Source: Zootoca vivipara (taxonomy: Eukaryota). Taken from it: DNA of 64,000 nt. Position numbers and translations under genes: made by a program. Each line of letters opens with the position of its first letter. The stretch's first letter is position 1. Shown here one piece after another: positions 11,415 through 23,903 of this stretch. Location: contig NC_083288.1 in NCBI RefSeq assembly GCF_963506605.1, positions 30,132,001 to 30,196,000 of the forward strand, read 5' to 3'. The notes under the pieces are model-generated. The model ran no database searches. It was not told where the DNA came from and saw only the letters and a list, made by a program, of their open reading frames with translations.

Positions 11415-13201
11415 TGCGATTCCAGGCATTCACTCAGGATCTGTGACCACTTATCCCTTAAAGTGGGAATAAATTAAATTCAAGACATGTTTTAAACAAA
11501 ACTGGTATTTTATTTATACACACCCAATGACAGTTACAACTTAATGATCATTTTGGTAAAGTACAAGCTTGATCAGTGTAAGAACTTTACTTATGACTTT
11601 AATAGTGTTCCTAAATAAACTGATTTATCCTAGAATGTCTCTTTGTCCTACCATGTAGTAAAACACATTCACCCCCCTTTTATGATATAATATGTTATAA
11701 TTGTTTTATGAAATAATCTGGTTTACCCTGCCTAGCAAACCCCTAGCTGGCCAGCTAATCTCCCATCCAAGCCTGGTTTTACTCTTTACCTTTCCACTCC
11801 CTCCTGATTGTCTGACACTTCACGTAGCTGTGATTGGCTCCTGGAGGGTACCCAGGAGGGTGATCAAAGGACTGTCCACTACACACAGCTTTTCCTGACC
11901 TCACTGAGAAAAGTTCAGTAAAATAATCTTCATCCTCATTATGAAGCTTCCAACCATGGGGTTCAACCTTTTTTTTTTTTTTTTTACAATCCGATGCCCC
12001 CACACAAAGGCCCAACTGTGCAACTTTGCCCAACTTCTTACAAATCCCTGACAGGGAGCCATCCAACCTCGCCTCCAATGAAGAATAGTCCATCACCATC
12101 TCAGCCTCTGGAAAGCAGACGACTAGCCTGTCAGCCCACACTGCAAAAGGGCAGGAGGATGAGTGCTGAATAAAGAAGAGGTAATAGTGCAGGGCAGAGC
12201 AAGCTTAAATAGCCTGTCACCACCTTGCCCCATTGGACAAAATCGCCCATCAGGCCATAACATTCTCCCCTAGGCAGATAGAACCTCTCCTCTTCTTCCA
12301 GGGGAGGAGGGGTGTGGCAAAGCCTCTCCTCTTCGCTGAAGGGAGGGGTTATGAGTGGGACTCACTTTCCCGCAGTTCACAGGGGGGAGGCGCGGTTAGG
12401 CCCCCTGCATCATAGGGATCTCGGCATAGCTGCCAAGTTTTCCCTTTTCTCGCGAGGAAGCCTATTCAGCATAAGGGAAAATCCCTTTAAAAAAGGGATA
12501 ACTTGGCAGCTATGGATCTCGGTCCTGCATCACGCCTTCAGCCAGCCAATCAGGCTGGCTGGAGGGGGCGTGGTTTGCCACATTTAAGCGGCCACGGGAC
12601 CGGCGCTCAGCCCGTTTGCTTCCTGCACACACAGATCTCCCTTCCTCCCTCCCTCCCTCTATTTTCATGCATTCATCACCTGACCTTGCTATGGACCTCA
12701 GTTGGTCGCTGAAGGGGCCTGGTAGGATTTTTTTTCCACTTGGCAGATTAGTTTTTCTCCTACCTCATAGCAAATCATCACAACTTTATAAGATTTGGCA
12801 GTTAGGCATTGGAAAATGCATTGTGTGTTGGAGGGGAGGTTGTGGCCATCACCTACCCCTCCCCTTGAAGGGTATTCCGTAAAAGGAATCCGGTGGTTGT
12901 GTTTCGTGTCTGAAACCCAGGTGGTGGCTAGGGCCATAGCACAACCATCTGATGACTCTAAGGGGAGCTTCCATTCATGTGCATCAAGCTCCCCCTATAG
13001 GTGGTTAACCCTTGTGAGACTCCCTGCATGGCAGGCAGGAGTCAGATATAGTTGGTTCGGATCCAGTGCCTATGCCAATGCCAATACCACTCACATTCTG
13101 TAACCAATAAAGTTGTGGCCATTTTTAGCCCATTAACCAAAATTACTGGTGTCCACATGTCTTATTTCATCAGGAAGCAGGAGGCAGGGCCTTGACTCGC
13201 A
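11415..13201. mobile_element. Two head-to-head LTR-like modules, probably derived from DIRS/Ngaro (tyrosine-recombinase) retroelements
   Basis: Divergent CCAAT plus (T/C)ATTTAAG promoters, AATAAAGTTGTGGCC at 13106, inverted ends TGCGATTCCAGG / CCTTGACTCGCA, no TSD. Confidence 0.5.
12425..12514. mobile_element. 90-bp hAT MITE
   Basis: Terminal inverted repeat (TIR) CATAGCTGCCAAGTT...AACTTGGCAGCTATG; perfect TSD gatctcgg. Confidence 0.9.
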
Positions 13202-13946
13202 AATATGCCCCTTCCAAAAATGGTGGGAACAGCATTGTATGAATAGCAATACACTTGTTTTTGTTTAGGGTCATTTTATTTCTATGCATACCTGTAACCT
13301 TGGAATGAAAGCCAAGTGATAAGGAATCGTTCTAGTCAACATGTTATTCCTCTTCTTTTCCATGATCATATGTTTCTCATGAATTCCCTCTGAGAAGATG
13401 TGTCTGGCACCATTTACATGTCAGGTTTGCTTGCAAAATTCATTCCTTCTTCTCCTGCTCATTATACCTTCACCATTCTCAGTTTAACAGCCTAGTTGAA
13501 AGATCTGCTACAATGAATTTAAAGAGCAGCGGTAATTCATGCAACCGTCCTCCACATTAATATTGTGGGAAGTGTGCATGGCTGGAATTTGCAGGTGAGC
13601 TATGAGACTTCACAATGCTGGAATAAGGCACTATGGGGAAAGCTTTACCAGGATCATTTTCAGCGGTACAGAAATGATGCTAATCAATAAATCATTGAAA
13701 TATTATTGTTCTTAAAAAGGGGGGGGGGAAATAAGGAAAAAGATTCTATTTCTGCATTAGAAATTGGGATTGAATAATTTTAGGTTTTATGTAGTCAAAG
13801 TACTCAAGATGCACAGGAAAGCAACAAACGACACTGAAGGAGAACAGAGAGAAATTCATTTATAAAAATGTTTGCTGAAAAGTGAACTGTGTATAGCACT
13901 ATGTTAAAAAGTACATCCACATACATAAAAGCATGCAAACTTACTT

Positions 13947-14897
13947 TTAAATAATAACTCTGGAAAACGTTTTAAATGAATGTCCAAGATCTAAGAGTTT
14001 CCACAAAGCAGCCTTGATTTCCTTGTTTCTCATACTGTAGATGAATGGATTCAATGTGGGAGGAATGATGGTATATATCACAGCAAAAGAGATATCTGTA
14101 TAAGAAGAAGCATCACTGGGAGGCCTTGCATAGGCAAAGACTCCACTGAACAGAACCACAGAGACAACAGTGAGGTGGGGAAGGCAAGTGGAGAGGGCTT
14201 TTTTCTGACCATGAACTGAAGGGATTTTGAGCACTGTAGAAAAAATCTGAATGTATGTTATGATGATGAAAATGAAACAACCTAGTCCCATACTCCAGCT
14301 TAGTACCAGGAATCCAACTTCAACTAAGTAGTAATCAGAGCAGGAGAGCTTCAGTAATGTTGGGACTTCACAAAAGAACTGATTGACAGCATTAGAACAG
14401 AAAGTGTTTGCAAAGATGCTACCTGTATGTAACATGGCAAAAAGAAGGCTCGCAATCCACAGAATGGCTACCATCTGATTACAGGCTCCTTTGTGCATAA
14501 TTGTCTCATAGTGGAGTGGGTTGCAAATAGCAACATTGCGGTCATGTGCCATTATTGTTAGGAGAAAAAAATCTGACGTTCCAAATAAGAAATAAAAGAA
14601 AACTTGAGCAACACACCCAGAGTAAGAAATTGACCTGCTGTTTAGGAGGGAAATAGCCATTGATTTGGGTACGACAACTGAAATTGTTCCAATGTCCATC
14701 ATGGCTAAATTCATCAGAAAGAAGTACATGGGTGTGTGAAGGTGGTGATCAAGGACAAATGCAATGATAATGAGAAGATTTCCTATTATTGCCATCAAGT
14801 ACAAGGCTAGAAACACAAAGAAGTGTAAGATCTGCAGTTCTCGAATGTCCGAGAATCCTAGCAGGAGAAATGCAGGCATGGAGGTAAGATTGTGCAT
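13947..14897 (-). CDS. Olfactory receptor, family 14-like (OR14-c), 316 aa, open frame with DRY>DRN
   Basis: All OR motifs present; MAHDRNVAIC. First ATG at 14897 (the track start at 14906 is GTG). Confidence 0.93.
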   Translation of the reverse strand: MHNLTSMPAFLLLGFSDIRELQILHFFVFLALYLMAIIGNLLIIIAFVLDHHLHTPMYFFLMNLAMMDIGTISVVVPKSMAISLLNSRSISYSGCVAQVFFYFLFGTSDFFLLTIMAHDRNVAICNPLHYETIMHKGACNQMVAILWIASLLFAMLHTGSIFANTFCSNAVNQFFCEVPTLLKLSCSDYYLVEVGFLVLSWSMGLGCFIFIIITYIQIFSTVLKIPSVHGQKKALSTCLPHLTVVSVVLFSGVFAYARPPSDASSYTDISFAVIYTIIPPTLNPFIYSMRNKEIKAALWKLLDLGHSFKTFSRVII

Positions 14898-15728
14898 TAT
14901 GCTCACAGGATGCGTTCAGATGCTTGCTGTGAAAATAAGAAGGAAATCACTATTAATATACAAATGTTTGATTCATGGTTTATTTTAACCAAGATTCCTT
15001 TAATCTAGCAGTCACATATACCAGATAGGCAAATGTTATTATGGGCTCTTTGTTCCCTTGGTATTGTCACGAGAGTACTACTGTCCTTTCATTTTCCCTT
15101 TCCACTTTCATGTTTGTTGAAAGAAGCTGTCCCATCCGCAGTCTTTAAGTGGTTAATAGGGTGGGGACAACTCAGCTTTCACCTCAGCCATCAAAATGTT
15201 TTGGATCAACCCTGGTTGACTGGGTTGCAATTGTAACCTGATCTGGATTTGTGTCCCCCAAATACAACAGAAATAAACTGATCCAATAATATTTCTTCAG
15301 TCAACTAAGTCCCCAAAATAATTCATTACCAGAGTGTCTACTCCTGTGAGCAGTATACAGCTGGAGGACTGAATGTAATGTGAGGTGACTTCTTACCTTT
15401 CTTTTTTCTTCTTCTGTTTGTCATGTTTCTTGGTCAGGTGTACTTGTGGTGTTACTTCCACATCTTCGAATTCTAATCCTGGTGTTTTCCACAGATATGA
15501 TAATGTCCCAGTTAATGCAAGATGCTGTTTTTTATTATACTTTCAATTCATTGACTTCACTGCGAGAAAAATTTCTAACGGAGAAATGTAGTGTAAGAGT
15601 AACAGTCAGAGAGGGTTGTAGGCTGAGAGAAAGGGATTGATGAGAAGAAAGAAAAAATAGTCATAGTTGTTTCCTCCCCCCCCCCATCATGGGTAGTGTT
15701 AGATTCACAGTTTAAAAATAAAATAAAA

Positions 15729-15955
15729 TTTACCTTGCTCCTTTGAAAGCAGTTGGGTTTCAGTGTGGGTAAATGAAGTATTTCATTTAGCTGCTGCACA
15801 AGCACTTTCCAGAATATTGTCTAGCAGTTTTATATCCAAACTGATTTTTCAAGCTCTCTGTGTAGGAAGGAAGTTAATTGTATATCTACTTTGGCATTTT
15901 GGCAAATTGCTCCCATGAGTCCAAAACAACTTATCAGACCCAGAACTCCCTCACC
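15729..15955 (-). promoter_or_regulatory. Putative OR14-c promoter and non-coding exon 1
   Basis: CTCCCATGAG 15910-15919, TTAATTG 15874-15880, TATA-like (GATATAAAA on minus) about 15828-15836, donor at 15729-15734. Confidence 0.6.
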
Positions 15956-16031
15956 TCAATTATTACTTAATCTGTGTCACAAACATAAACAAATAACTAA
16001 TATGGGCGCACTGAGAATGAGAGGAGCAGGG

Positions 16032-16394
16032 CAGGGGCATAGCAAGGGGGGCGATGGGGGCGGTCCGCCCCGGGTGCCACCCTGGGGGGTGACACTCGGC
16101 GCACCCCTCCCCTGGCTTGCCCCTGGCTTCCGCCCACACAGGCGCAGTCCGTACAAGCTGCCACTGGCGCGTGGTAGTTTGCAGGGTGCCACGCGAGCAG
16201 CACCCCATTAAGGGCTGCCGCTCTTGCACAGTACCCCGTTACGGGCTGCCGTGTGCCATTGGTGGTCCGTACGGACTGCGTCTATGCGGTGCCCCGTGCA
16301 GACTGCACGCACGTGGAATGCCGCATGAGCACAGTCCGTACGGGGTGCCGCACAGGTGCCACACCCGGTACCAGCTGGGCTAGGAACTCCACTG
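16032..16394. mobile_element. GC/CpG-rich non-autonomous hAT element
   Basis: CAGGGGCATAGC...GCTAGGAACTCCACTG; TSD gagcaggg/gaggaggg; repeated CAGTCCGTAC motifs in both orientations. Confidence 0.7.
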
Positions 16395-16894
16395 GAGGAG
16401 GGTTCATTCCTGTGCGATACAAGGCATTCTCATGCAAGTGTCTTCCCTCCAGGGAATGTGTTTGCAAAGGAGCGTCCCAGAGAAATGAATCCCAAATATC
16501 TCGCAAGCAGACCTCCTCATGACCAATTCCCCGAGTCCCATTGCCATGGAAACCACCCAGGCTTACATCCAGGCATAGTACACTCTCTACAGAAGGACTC
16601 TGCTAGCTGTGGCTCCCAGCGTGCTTTCAGTCATCATCTGACCGGCTGGCCACCTGCAGTAGAGCAATGTCTGTTGGTAGGACCAGGTGGTTCCCGTGTC
16701 AATTGTGCCTTGGAAATGGGCTGTGAGAAAGCTAGGGGTCAGAGTTTGGATTATGCAGGACATCTTTACAAGCAAAGGAGCACAATGACAAAGGAGCCCC
16801 CTGCTCCCCAGAGGGTCAATTGAAGTTGGATAATGGAAGATCCAGTCCTGCTTGACTGTGCTTGGAATAAATGCACATTTAAGCTCCCGACCCC

Positions 16895-17086
16895 CCATAC
16901 CTGTGGAACGTGCTCCCATCAGATGTCAAAGAGAAAAACAGCTACCAGATTTTTAGAAGAAATCTGAAGGCAGCCCTGTTTAGGGAGGCTTTTAATGTTT
17001 AATAGATTATTTTATTTTATTTTTCGGTTGGAAGCCGCCCAGAGTGGCTGGGGAAACCCAGACAGATGGGTGGGGTAAAAATAATA

Positions 17087-17137
<51 letters not shown>
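16895..17137 (+). mobile_element. L2 LINE 3' end with (TAT)n tail
   Basis: ctgtggaac...ctgaaggcagccctgtttagggagg...gccgcccagagtggctggggaaacccag...(tat)n. Confidence 0.8.
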
Positions 17138-17138
<1 letters not shown>

Positions 17139-17666
17139 CAGGGTTTAAAATATATCTACTCTATGCATTCAGCATTTTGATTTATACTTGGAAAGTGTCT
17201 AAAAGCTATGTAGTGTATCCAAGTACCCAGAGAAGGACCGCACATAAGTCTTTAAAGTCAAACTACATAATTTAGTCTATTATGCCCTCATAAATTTTAT
17301 GTTGCTGCAAGTCTAAGACACAGTTCATCTGAAGTTTGCAATTTTATATATACTTACTTTGGAGGCAATCTCTTTGAGGTCAGTAGGGTTGGCTTCCAAT
17401 AAGACACGCACAGGATTGAACTGTGAGTGTATTTGATTGAAAGGTCCCCTAGCTGACTGCAATGTTGGTTGTTTTCTCCTTGCAAAATGCAGTGTTAATA
17501 ATAATAAAGAGAAGTGTCTCTGCCTGTAAAGACAAAGCTGAAGTCACTAGGGTGTTCTATACCTGTAGATGTTTCCAGGACATTAAATCAGGCAGATAAG
17601 AATGCAGTCAAGACTTAAGCATGTGTGTGCGTGCGCGCGTGCGCCTTATGTGCCTGCAATTAAGTG

Positions 17667-17846
17667 CAGTGGTACCTCTGGGTAAGAACTTAACTTGTTC
17701 CGGAGGTCCGTTCTTAACCTGAAACTGTTCTTAACCTGAAGTACCACTTTAGCTAATTGGGGACTCCCGCTGCCACTAACCCCAAGTACTATTTCTGGGT
17801 TTGCAGAGTCTGTAACCTGAAGCGTCTGTAACCCGAGGTACCACTG
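17667..17846. mobile_element. Tigger/pogo-like MITE
   Basis: CAGTGGTACCTC...GAGGTACCACTG|TA. Confidence 0.85.
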
Positions 17847-18399
17847 TACATTCCTCCATGGTAGGTCCAGCAGGCTGTTCCGTGTGCTCCTTGAATCAAA
17901 ACATGTTGTCATAGATCTGGCACTTCAGAGGGACATCTTGGGAAAGATCTTGAGATTTTATCTGATCTCATTAATGTCAAAAAATTCTGCAAAGGATGTG
18001 CTGATATTTTTAAACAATATGTTGCAATTACATTAACGCAAAAAACGTCTATAAGAGATTATGTCATAAATTTGTCAGTGCCCCTTGTTTAGAGATGGGG
18101 GGGTTTTCTGGCTGGGATGGCTGGATCTATCCCTGCCCACCCCCCCGCACAACCCCCCCCCAACACCACACTGTACTATTATGATTGGAGTTGGGTTAAA
18201 GGAACTAAGGCTGTATTGATATGGGGGTTATTGAGGCAAAACAGGTATTGCCAGCTCCTGGCCCACCGTGAATAGCCCCCAGATAATATGTAGTGATGAC
18301 ACATAATGCTCTCTGCTCCATTGGTACAAGGAGAGGCATGTAAAGTACTGAACTGGTGTCCAGACTCTTGATGTGGGCCCAGACAATGAAATGAAATCA

Positions 18400-18620
18400 A
18401 GGCAAGATGGAGTTGTTCTGGGCATGTGGTTCCTAAGTCTGGGAGTTGGAAAAACAATATGTCCTGTCTAGTGTTCCACTCTCCTTAAATGAGCAGGTTC
18501 ATAACCAAGCTTCAACTGGTGCACAACTTATGCCAAGCTTCAACTGGTGCACAACTATTGTCTTTAATGGACAGGGATAGCTTGGCTACCATCACTCACA
18601 CTCTGGTAACCTCCAATTGT
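18400..18620 (+). mobile_element. Degenerate L2 fragment with a tandem duplication of about 28 bp
   Basis: ggacagggatagcttggctaccatcactcacactctggtaacctcc resembles L2 RT; ccaagcttcaactggtgcacaact occurs twice. Confidence 0.5.
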
Positions 18621-19804
18621 GCTATTGTCCAAGAAATAAGAAATAAAATCCCACCATATTATGTAGAAACACTCTGGGTCCTCCATCCTCCTGGAGACCT
18701 GCAATTTATGTGATATTTGTCTTGTAACAGAGCATGGATTACTTCATATTAAAGATGTGTGCAGTGAATTCAGACAAATATCAAAGTCATCCTGAGCCAA
18801 AGTAGGGTGTCTTGAGGGAGGCAGCAGGGTGGGTTCTGGACTTCCTCAAGTTGACATGGGATCTGTATGATGCTTCCCAAGTCAAAGCATGGCCTTCCTG
18901 CTGTTCCACACTGCAATTGCTGGCAGTCAGAAAGCTCCACAAACAGAAAGGAATGTGCCTTCCCTTTTCCTCAGCACCTCTTGTTAGAGCTATTAGAGTG
19001 GAATTCCCTGATCTGGATCTTGTGCAACATTAGAAGTGAATAAGCTCCACCGCAAGAATGAATTCCAAAAAGTTTTACTGCAAAACTGTTTAAAACTAGT
19101 TACAAAATAAAACGTTACAAAATGCAAAGTAACACATTTCTCTAAACAAACTAGCAATAAGTTACAGTCTTCTTTAAAAACCTTGACATTGTCCAAAAAC
19201 CATTCTCGCTCTGGTCCCAGAGAAAAATCCTATCTTAGTTGTGCATTTTTCAAACCATAAATTTAATTCTCCATAATTTTTTTTGCAGCAATTTGCTATT
19301 AAAAATAAAAATCTCATGACATTTCATCAGCATTTCAGTGTGCATACCTTCTAATAAATATGTTTTATGTGCAGTTTTTACTAATGCACACATTTTTCAA
19401 GCATTTTTGTGTTAGTTTCCCTAATATATCCATTTATTTACATAAATTCCCTGAATATATGGATTTTTCTAAACATTGGTTTATGGGCAAACATCATAGG
19501 AAAATTCAGAGAACTGAATTTGTGGTTAAGTTCACATATTGAAAGTGTGAATTTGATAGATTCAGATTAAATTGAGAGTTGAGGTGAAATTCTCACCCAT
19601 TGCTATTGGTAGTAGCAAGGGACAAGGCCTACAACAGTGTTTAGAAAAGGAAACCAATCAATAAAGTGTAGACAATATTAGAATGCCATGTTGATTTCTG
19701 TATAGATTAGAACTCAGCTGATATTAGATTGAATGTAGCTGAGCTATGGATATGAAAAATAATGGATGAAAAAACTCAATGTAAGCTAGAGGATAGAAGT
19801 AATG

Positions 19805-20816
19805 TGTGCTCATCAATGGCTCCTCTTCATCCTGGAGAGAAGTGGCTAGTGGGGTGCCACAGGGTTCTGTCTTGGGCCCAGTCTTATTCAACATCTTTAT
19901 CAATGACTTGGATGATGGGCTTGAGGGCATCCTGAGCAAGTTTGCAGATGACACCAAATTGGGAGGGGTGGCTAATACCCCAGAGGACAGAATCACACTT
20001 CAAAATGACCTTTACAGATTAGACAACTGGGCCAAAGCAAACAAGATGAATTTTAACAGGGAGAAATGTAAAGTACTTCACTTGGGGGGGGGATATGAAA
20101 GGCACAAATCCAGGATGGGTGACACCTGGCTTGAGAGCAGTACACGTGAAAAGGATCTAGGGGTCTTGGTAGACCACAAACTTGACATGAGTCAACAGTG
20201 TGATGCAGCAGCTAAAAAAGGCAATGCAATTCTGGGCTGCATCAATAGGAGTATAGCATCTAGTTCAAGGGAAGTAATAGAACCACTGTATTCCGCTCCG
20301 GTCAGACCTCTCCTGGAATACTGTGTCCAGTTCTGGTCACCACAGTTCAAGAAGGATGCTGACAAGCTGGAACATGTCCAGAGGAGGGCAACCAAAATGG
20401 TCAAAGGCCTGGAAACAATGCCTTATGAGGAACGGCTTAGGGAGCTGGGTATGTTTAGCCTGAAGAAGACAAGGTTAAGGGGTGATATGATAGCCATGTT
20501 CAAATATATAAAAGGATGTCATATAGAAGAGGGTGAAAGGTTGTTTTCTGCTGCTCCAGAGAAGCAAACACGGAGCAATGGATTCAAGCCACAAGAAAGC
20601 ATATTTCGCCTAAACATTAGGAAGAACTTCCTGACAGTAAGAGCTGTTCAACAGTGGAATTTGCTGCCAAGGTGGAGTCTCCTTCTTTGGAGGACTTTAA
20701 GCGGAGGCTTGACAGCCACCTGTCAGGAATGCTTTGGTGGTGTTTCCTGCTTGACAGGGGGTTGGTTTGGATGGCCCTAGTGCTCTCTTCCAACTCTATG
20801 ATTCTATGATTCTATG
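19805..20816 (+). mobile_element. CR1 LINE, 5'-truncated (RT C-terminus and 3' UTR)
   Basis: GVPQGSVLGPVLFNIFIND, KFADDTKL, YCVQFWSP; (TTCTATGA)n tail. Confidence 0.95.
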
Positions 20817-20902
20817 CTGGTTACTGAAATGTTTATGGCACTTTATTTATAGGAAACCATTCACATACAGAAGAGCACAGAATCCCATTTTCACAGAACA
20901 AC

Positions 20903-21841
20903 TCAGGAGAAAACTTTAGAAGATTTCCCAAAATTTAAGAGTTTGCTCAAAGCAGTTTTGATTTCTTTGTTTCTCATGCTGTAGATGAATGGATTCAATG
21001 TGGGAGGAATTATGGAGTACATCACAGATAAAACTATATCCAGATCAGAAGAAGAATCAATAGGAGGCATTACATAGGCAAACACCCCACTTAAAAGAAA
21101 AAGAGAGACAACAGTGAGGTGAGGAAGGCAAGTGGAGAGGGCTTTTTTCTTTCCACGAACAGAGGGGATTTTTAGCACTGTAGAAAAGATCTGCATATAT
21201 GTTAAGATGATGAAAACAGAACAACCTAGTGCTATACCAGAGCTTAGCACAAGAAGCCCAACTTCAACCAGGTAGAAGTTAGAGCAGGAGAGCTTCAGTA
21301 GTGGTGGGATTTCACAGAAGAACTGATTAACAGCATTAGAACAGAAGGTATTCGCAAAGGTGCTCCCAGTATGCAACACAGCATATAAAATACAAATAGT
21401 CCACACAATCGCTACCATACGAATACAGGCTGCTTTGTGCATTATTGTCTCATAGTGGAGTGGGTTGCAAATAGCAACATAGCGATCATGTGCCATTATA
21501 GTTAGGAGAGCAAAACTTGATGTTCCAAAAAACATAACAAAGAAAACTTGAGCAACACATCCAAAATAAGAAATAAACCTGCTGTTTAGGAAGGAAAGAA
21601 CTATTGATTTGGGTACAATGACGGAAATTGTTCCAATGTCCAGCATAGCCAAATTCAGTAGAAAGAAGTACATGGGTGTTTGAAGGTGGTGATCAAGGAC
21701 AATTGCAACAACAATGAGGAGATTCCCTATGATTGCTATAATGTACAATGCTAGGAACACAAAGACGTGCAAGATCTGCAGTTCTCGAATGTCTGAGAAT
21801 CCCAGCAGCAGAAATGTAGACATAGAGGTAAGATTGTTCAT
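20903..21841 (-). CDS. Olfactory receptor, family 14-like (OR14-d), 312 aa, intact
   Basis: LQTPMYFFL, MAHDRYVAICNPL, KALSTC, PPTLNPFIYSMRN. First ATG at 21841 (the track start at 21850 is GTG). Confidence 0.95.
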   Translation of the reverse strand: MNNLTSMSTFLLLGFSDIRELQILHVFVFLALYIIAIIGNLLIVVAIVLDHHLQTPMYFFLLNLAMLDIGTISVIVPKSIVLSFLNSRFISYFGCVAQVFFVMFFGTSSFALLTIMAHDRYVAICNPLHYETIMHKAACIRMVAIVWTICILYAVLHTGSTFANTFCSNAVNQFFCEIPPLLKLSCSNFYLVEVGLLVLSSGIALGCSVFIILTYMQIFSTVLKIPSVRGKKKALSTCLPHLTVVSLFLLSGVFAYVMPPIDSSSDLDIVLSVMYSIIPPTLNPFIYSMRNKEIKTALSKLLNFGKSSKVFS

Positions 21842-23903
21842 TTTTTCCACTGGGAATATTCACATATTACCTATACCAGAATAAGAGAAGAAGAAATGTT
21901 GAGTAAGCAGTTTAATTTAAGCAGGACTCCTTCTGTGTAATAATCAAATGAAGCTGATATTTCTTTGCTGAAATATGTAATGAAGACATAGGATGATAGG
22001 CTGTCTGACCCCTCTGTATTGTCATGAGAGTATTCTTGTCCACTCATTGAGCCTCTATATCTGTTGCAAATGTGTTCAGGGCAAGGTCTGACTATATCAA
22101 TAATCTCTTCGCCTGACATCTATGACATCTATGCATTCAGAGGGACATCAGAAAGAGAAGCCAGCATGCAGGAACATCCATGTCATAGGAGTTCACCACC
22201 AAGCTATAGGTCCCAATGATTCAGGGTTCACAGTTAAACTACCAGACTATTTGCATACAATATACACATATAGCCTTCATTTTGGGTGTTTGGCTGGACG
22301 TGCAAAGAAATATGAAACTTAAAGCATCCTGAGAAGACAGGGTGGGTCAACTATTTCCATTGGTGATGCAGATACAGATACATTTCCTTCCCACAAACTG
22401 TGTGGACACATTTGCCCCAGTTCCTCTGCCCGCCCCAGAAAGGTCACCATAACAGCAGGTCCTTTTCACAGTTAGCAGGTCCCCCCCCCCCCCAATGAAG
22501 AAGGAACTGCTACTCAATATTCTGTCAGGTCCCATTAGAAGATGGAGGACCCTCAGATGAATGCAGCACCACAGTATCATAGCCCCACATAAACATATCT
22601 GAAGACTAATACAGGGGCTCACTATATCACTGTACACACAAATATTAATAGCGTACAAGCCACCACCCAATTGTCGGAGGGCCTGCACTCCAGATTTGTG
22701 TAGTGTTTACTTCTAAGCCTTTTCATCTCCCAAAGAAATCCTGCAAGGCAGCAGAGGTTTAGGATTCGAGTTTTTATTCTTCTGAATGGGCTACCTTCCC
22801 AGGCTGACAAGCCCCACCTGCCCCACTTCCCTCTACAGCACCTGCAGAAACCACCTTCTTGACCATTGACCCCACTATTGGTCTTGTTTGCTCAATACAC
22901 CAGATTGAGATCCACTAAATCTTTGCATGCAGGCAAAGTCCTTAATTCACCAAGGGTTTGAGACCCATTGGCTACCCTCACCTGGTTTAGCTGGCCAGGC
23001 CAAGCTCTTCCCAGTTTGTGCCCACTGTCACATGCTGACAGCTCTTAGGAGCCACAGGCGAGAGCTGAGTGCAGGGTGGGGGCCAAAGGTTGACAAAGGA
23101 GCATGGCATATCCCTCACCAGAGATACTGCCCCTCCCCTAACACTTCATGTACCCCATTATTATTTAGCTGCCTTAGTAGTTAAGAAATCATTATGGTAC
23201 TGTCTTACCCAATGTTAGCCCCTTGGTGAGGAGGTGACTTGCTTGAAAATAAGAAAAATAGCTGCTAATTGGGAGAGTGAGCAAACACTATTGGAGGATA
23301 AACCAAGTGTGTGTCATGTGACCTGCTTTGTATGTGCCTAAACTAGATGCTGCCTCGTTCTTGGTCTTTAAGTAGGGAATTGAGTGCCGACTTATATGTT
23401 GCTTCAGCCAGAAAAATGCCTTGGATCAGCCCCAATTGACTTGCTGGTCCTCCTGCTAGCCTACTCTGGATTTGTGTTCTGGTGCCGTCAGCTTATGCAA
23501 ACAAATAATTTATCACATCAGTGTCTACTCAAGGGAGAAGTAGGAGGCTGAATTGGTTGTAAGACCACTTTTTCCCTAACTGAAACAACAACAATTGCTT
23601 GCAATTTCATTATTTTTCTTTTGGACAGATTTCTCAGTTAGCTGTACAAAGATGCTTACATGTTACTTCCACATCTTGGAAGTCTCACTTTGATGTTTCC
23701 CACAGACATAGTGCTGCCCCCGCCCCCAGTCAAGGCATAGTGCTTGTGTTATTCCACTCTAATGACATTGACTTCAGTGAATGGGAAATTTCAAAGGGAA
23801 TGTGTTGCTGTGTAAGAGAGAAATGTGGATGGTGTGCCAAGGAATAAGGAGGGGGAAAGTGTCAGACTTTTATTAAATTTACTTTAAAAAAATAAAAATA
23901 AAA

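Noticed and set aside
16356-16919. 155-aa and 110-aa ORFs in unclassified sequence
   Set aside because: No recognisable domain or splice pattern, and they start inside repeats; origin unresolved without a search.
19806-20780. 324-aa RT-like ORF as a functional gene
   Set aside because: 5'-truncated CR1 copy with no ATG start, only part of the RT, and a frameshift near the end.
22650-23150. Probable interspersed repeat in the OR14-d intron
   Set aside because: It looks like a retroelement UTR, but I could not establish its family, ends or TSD.
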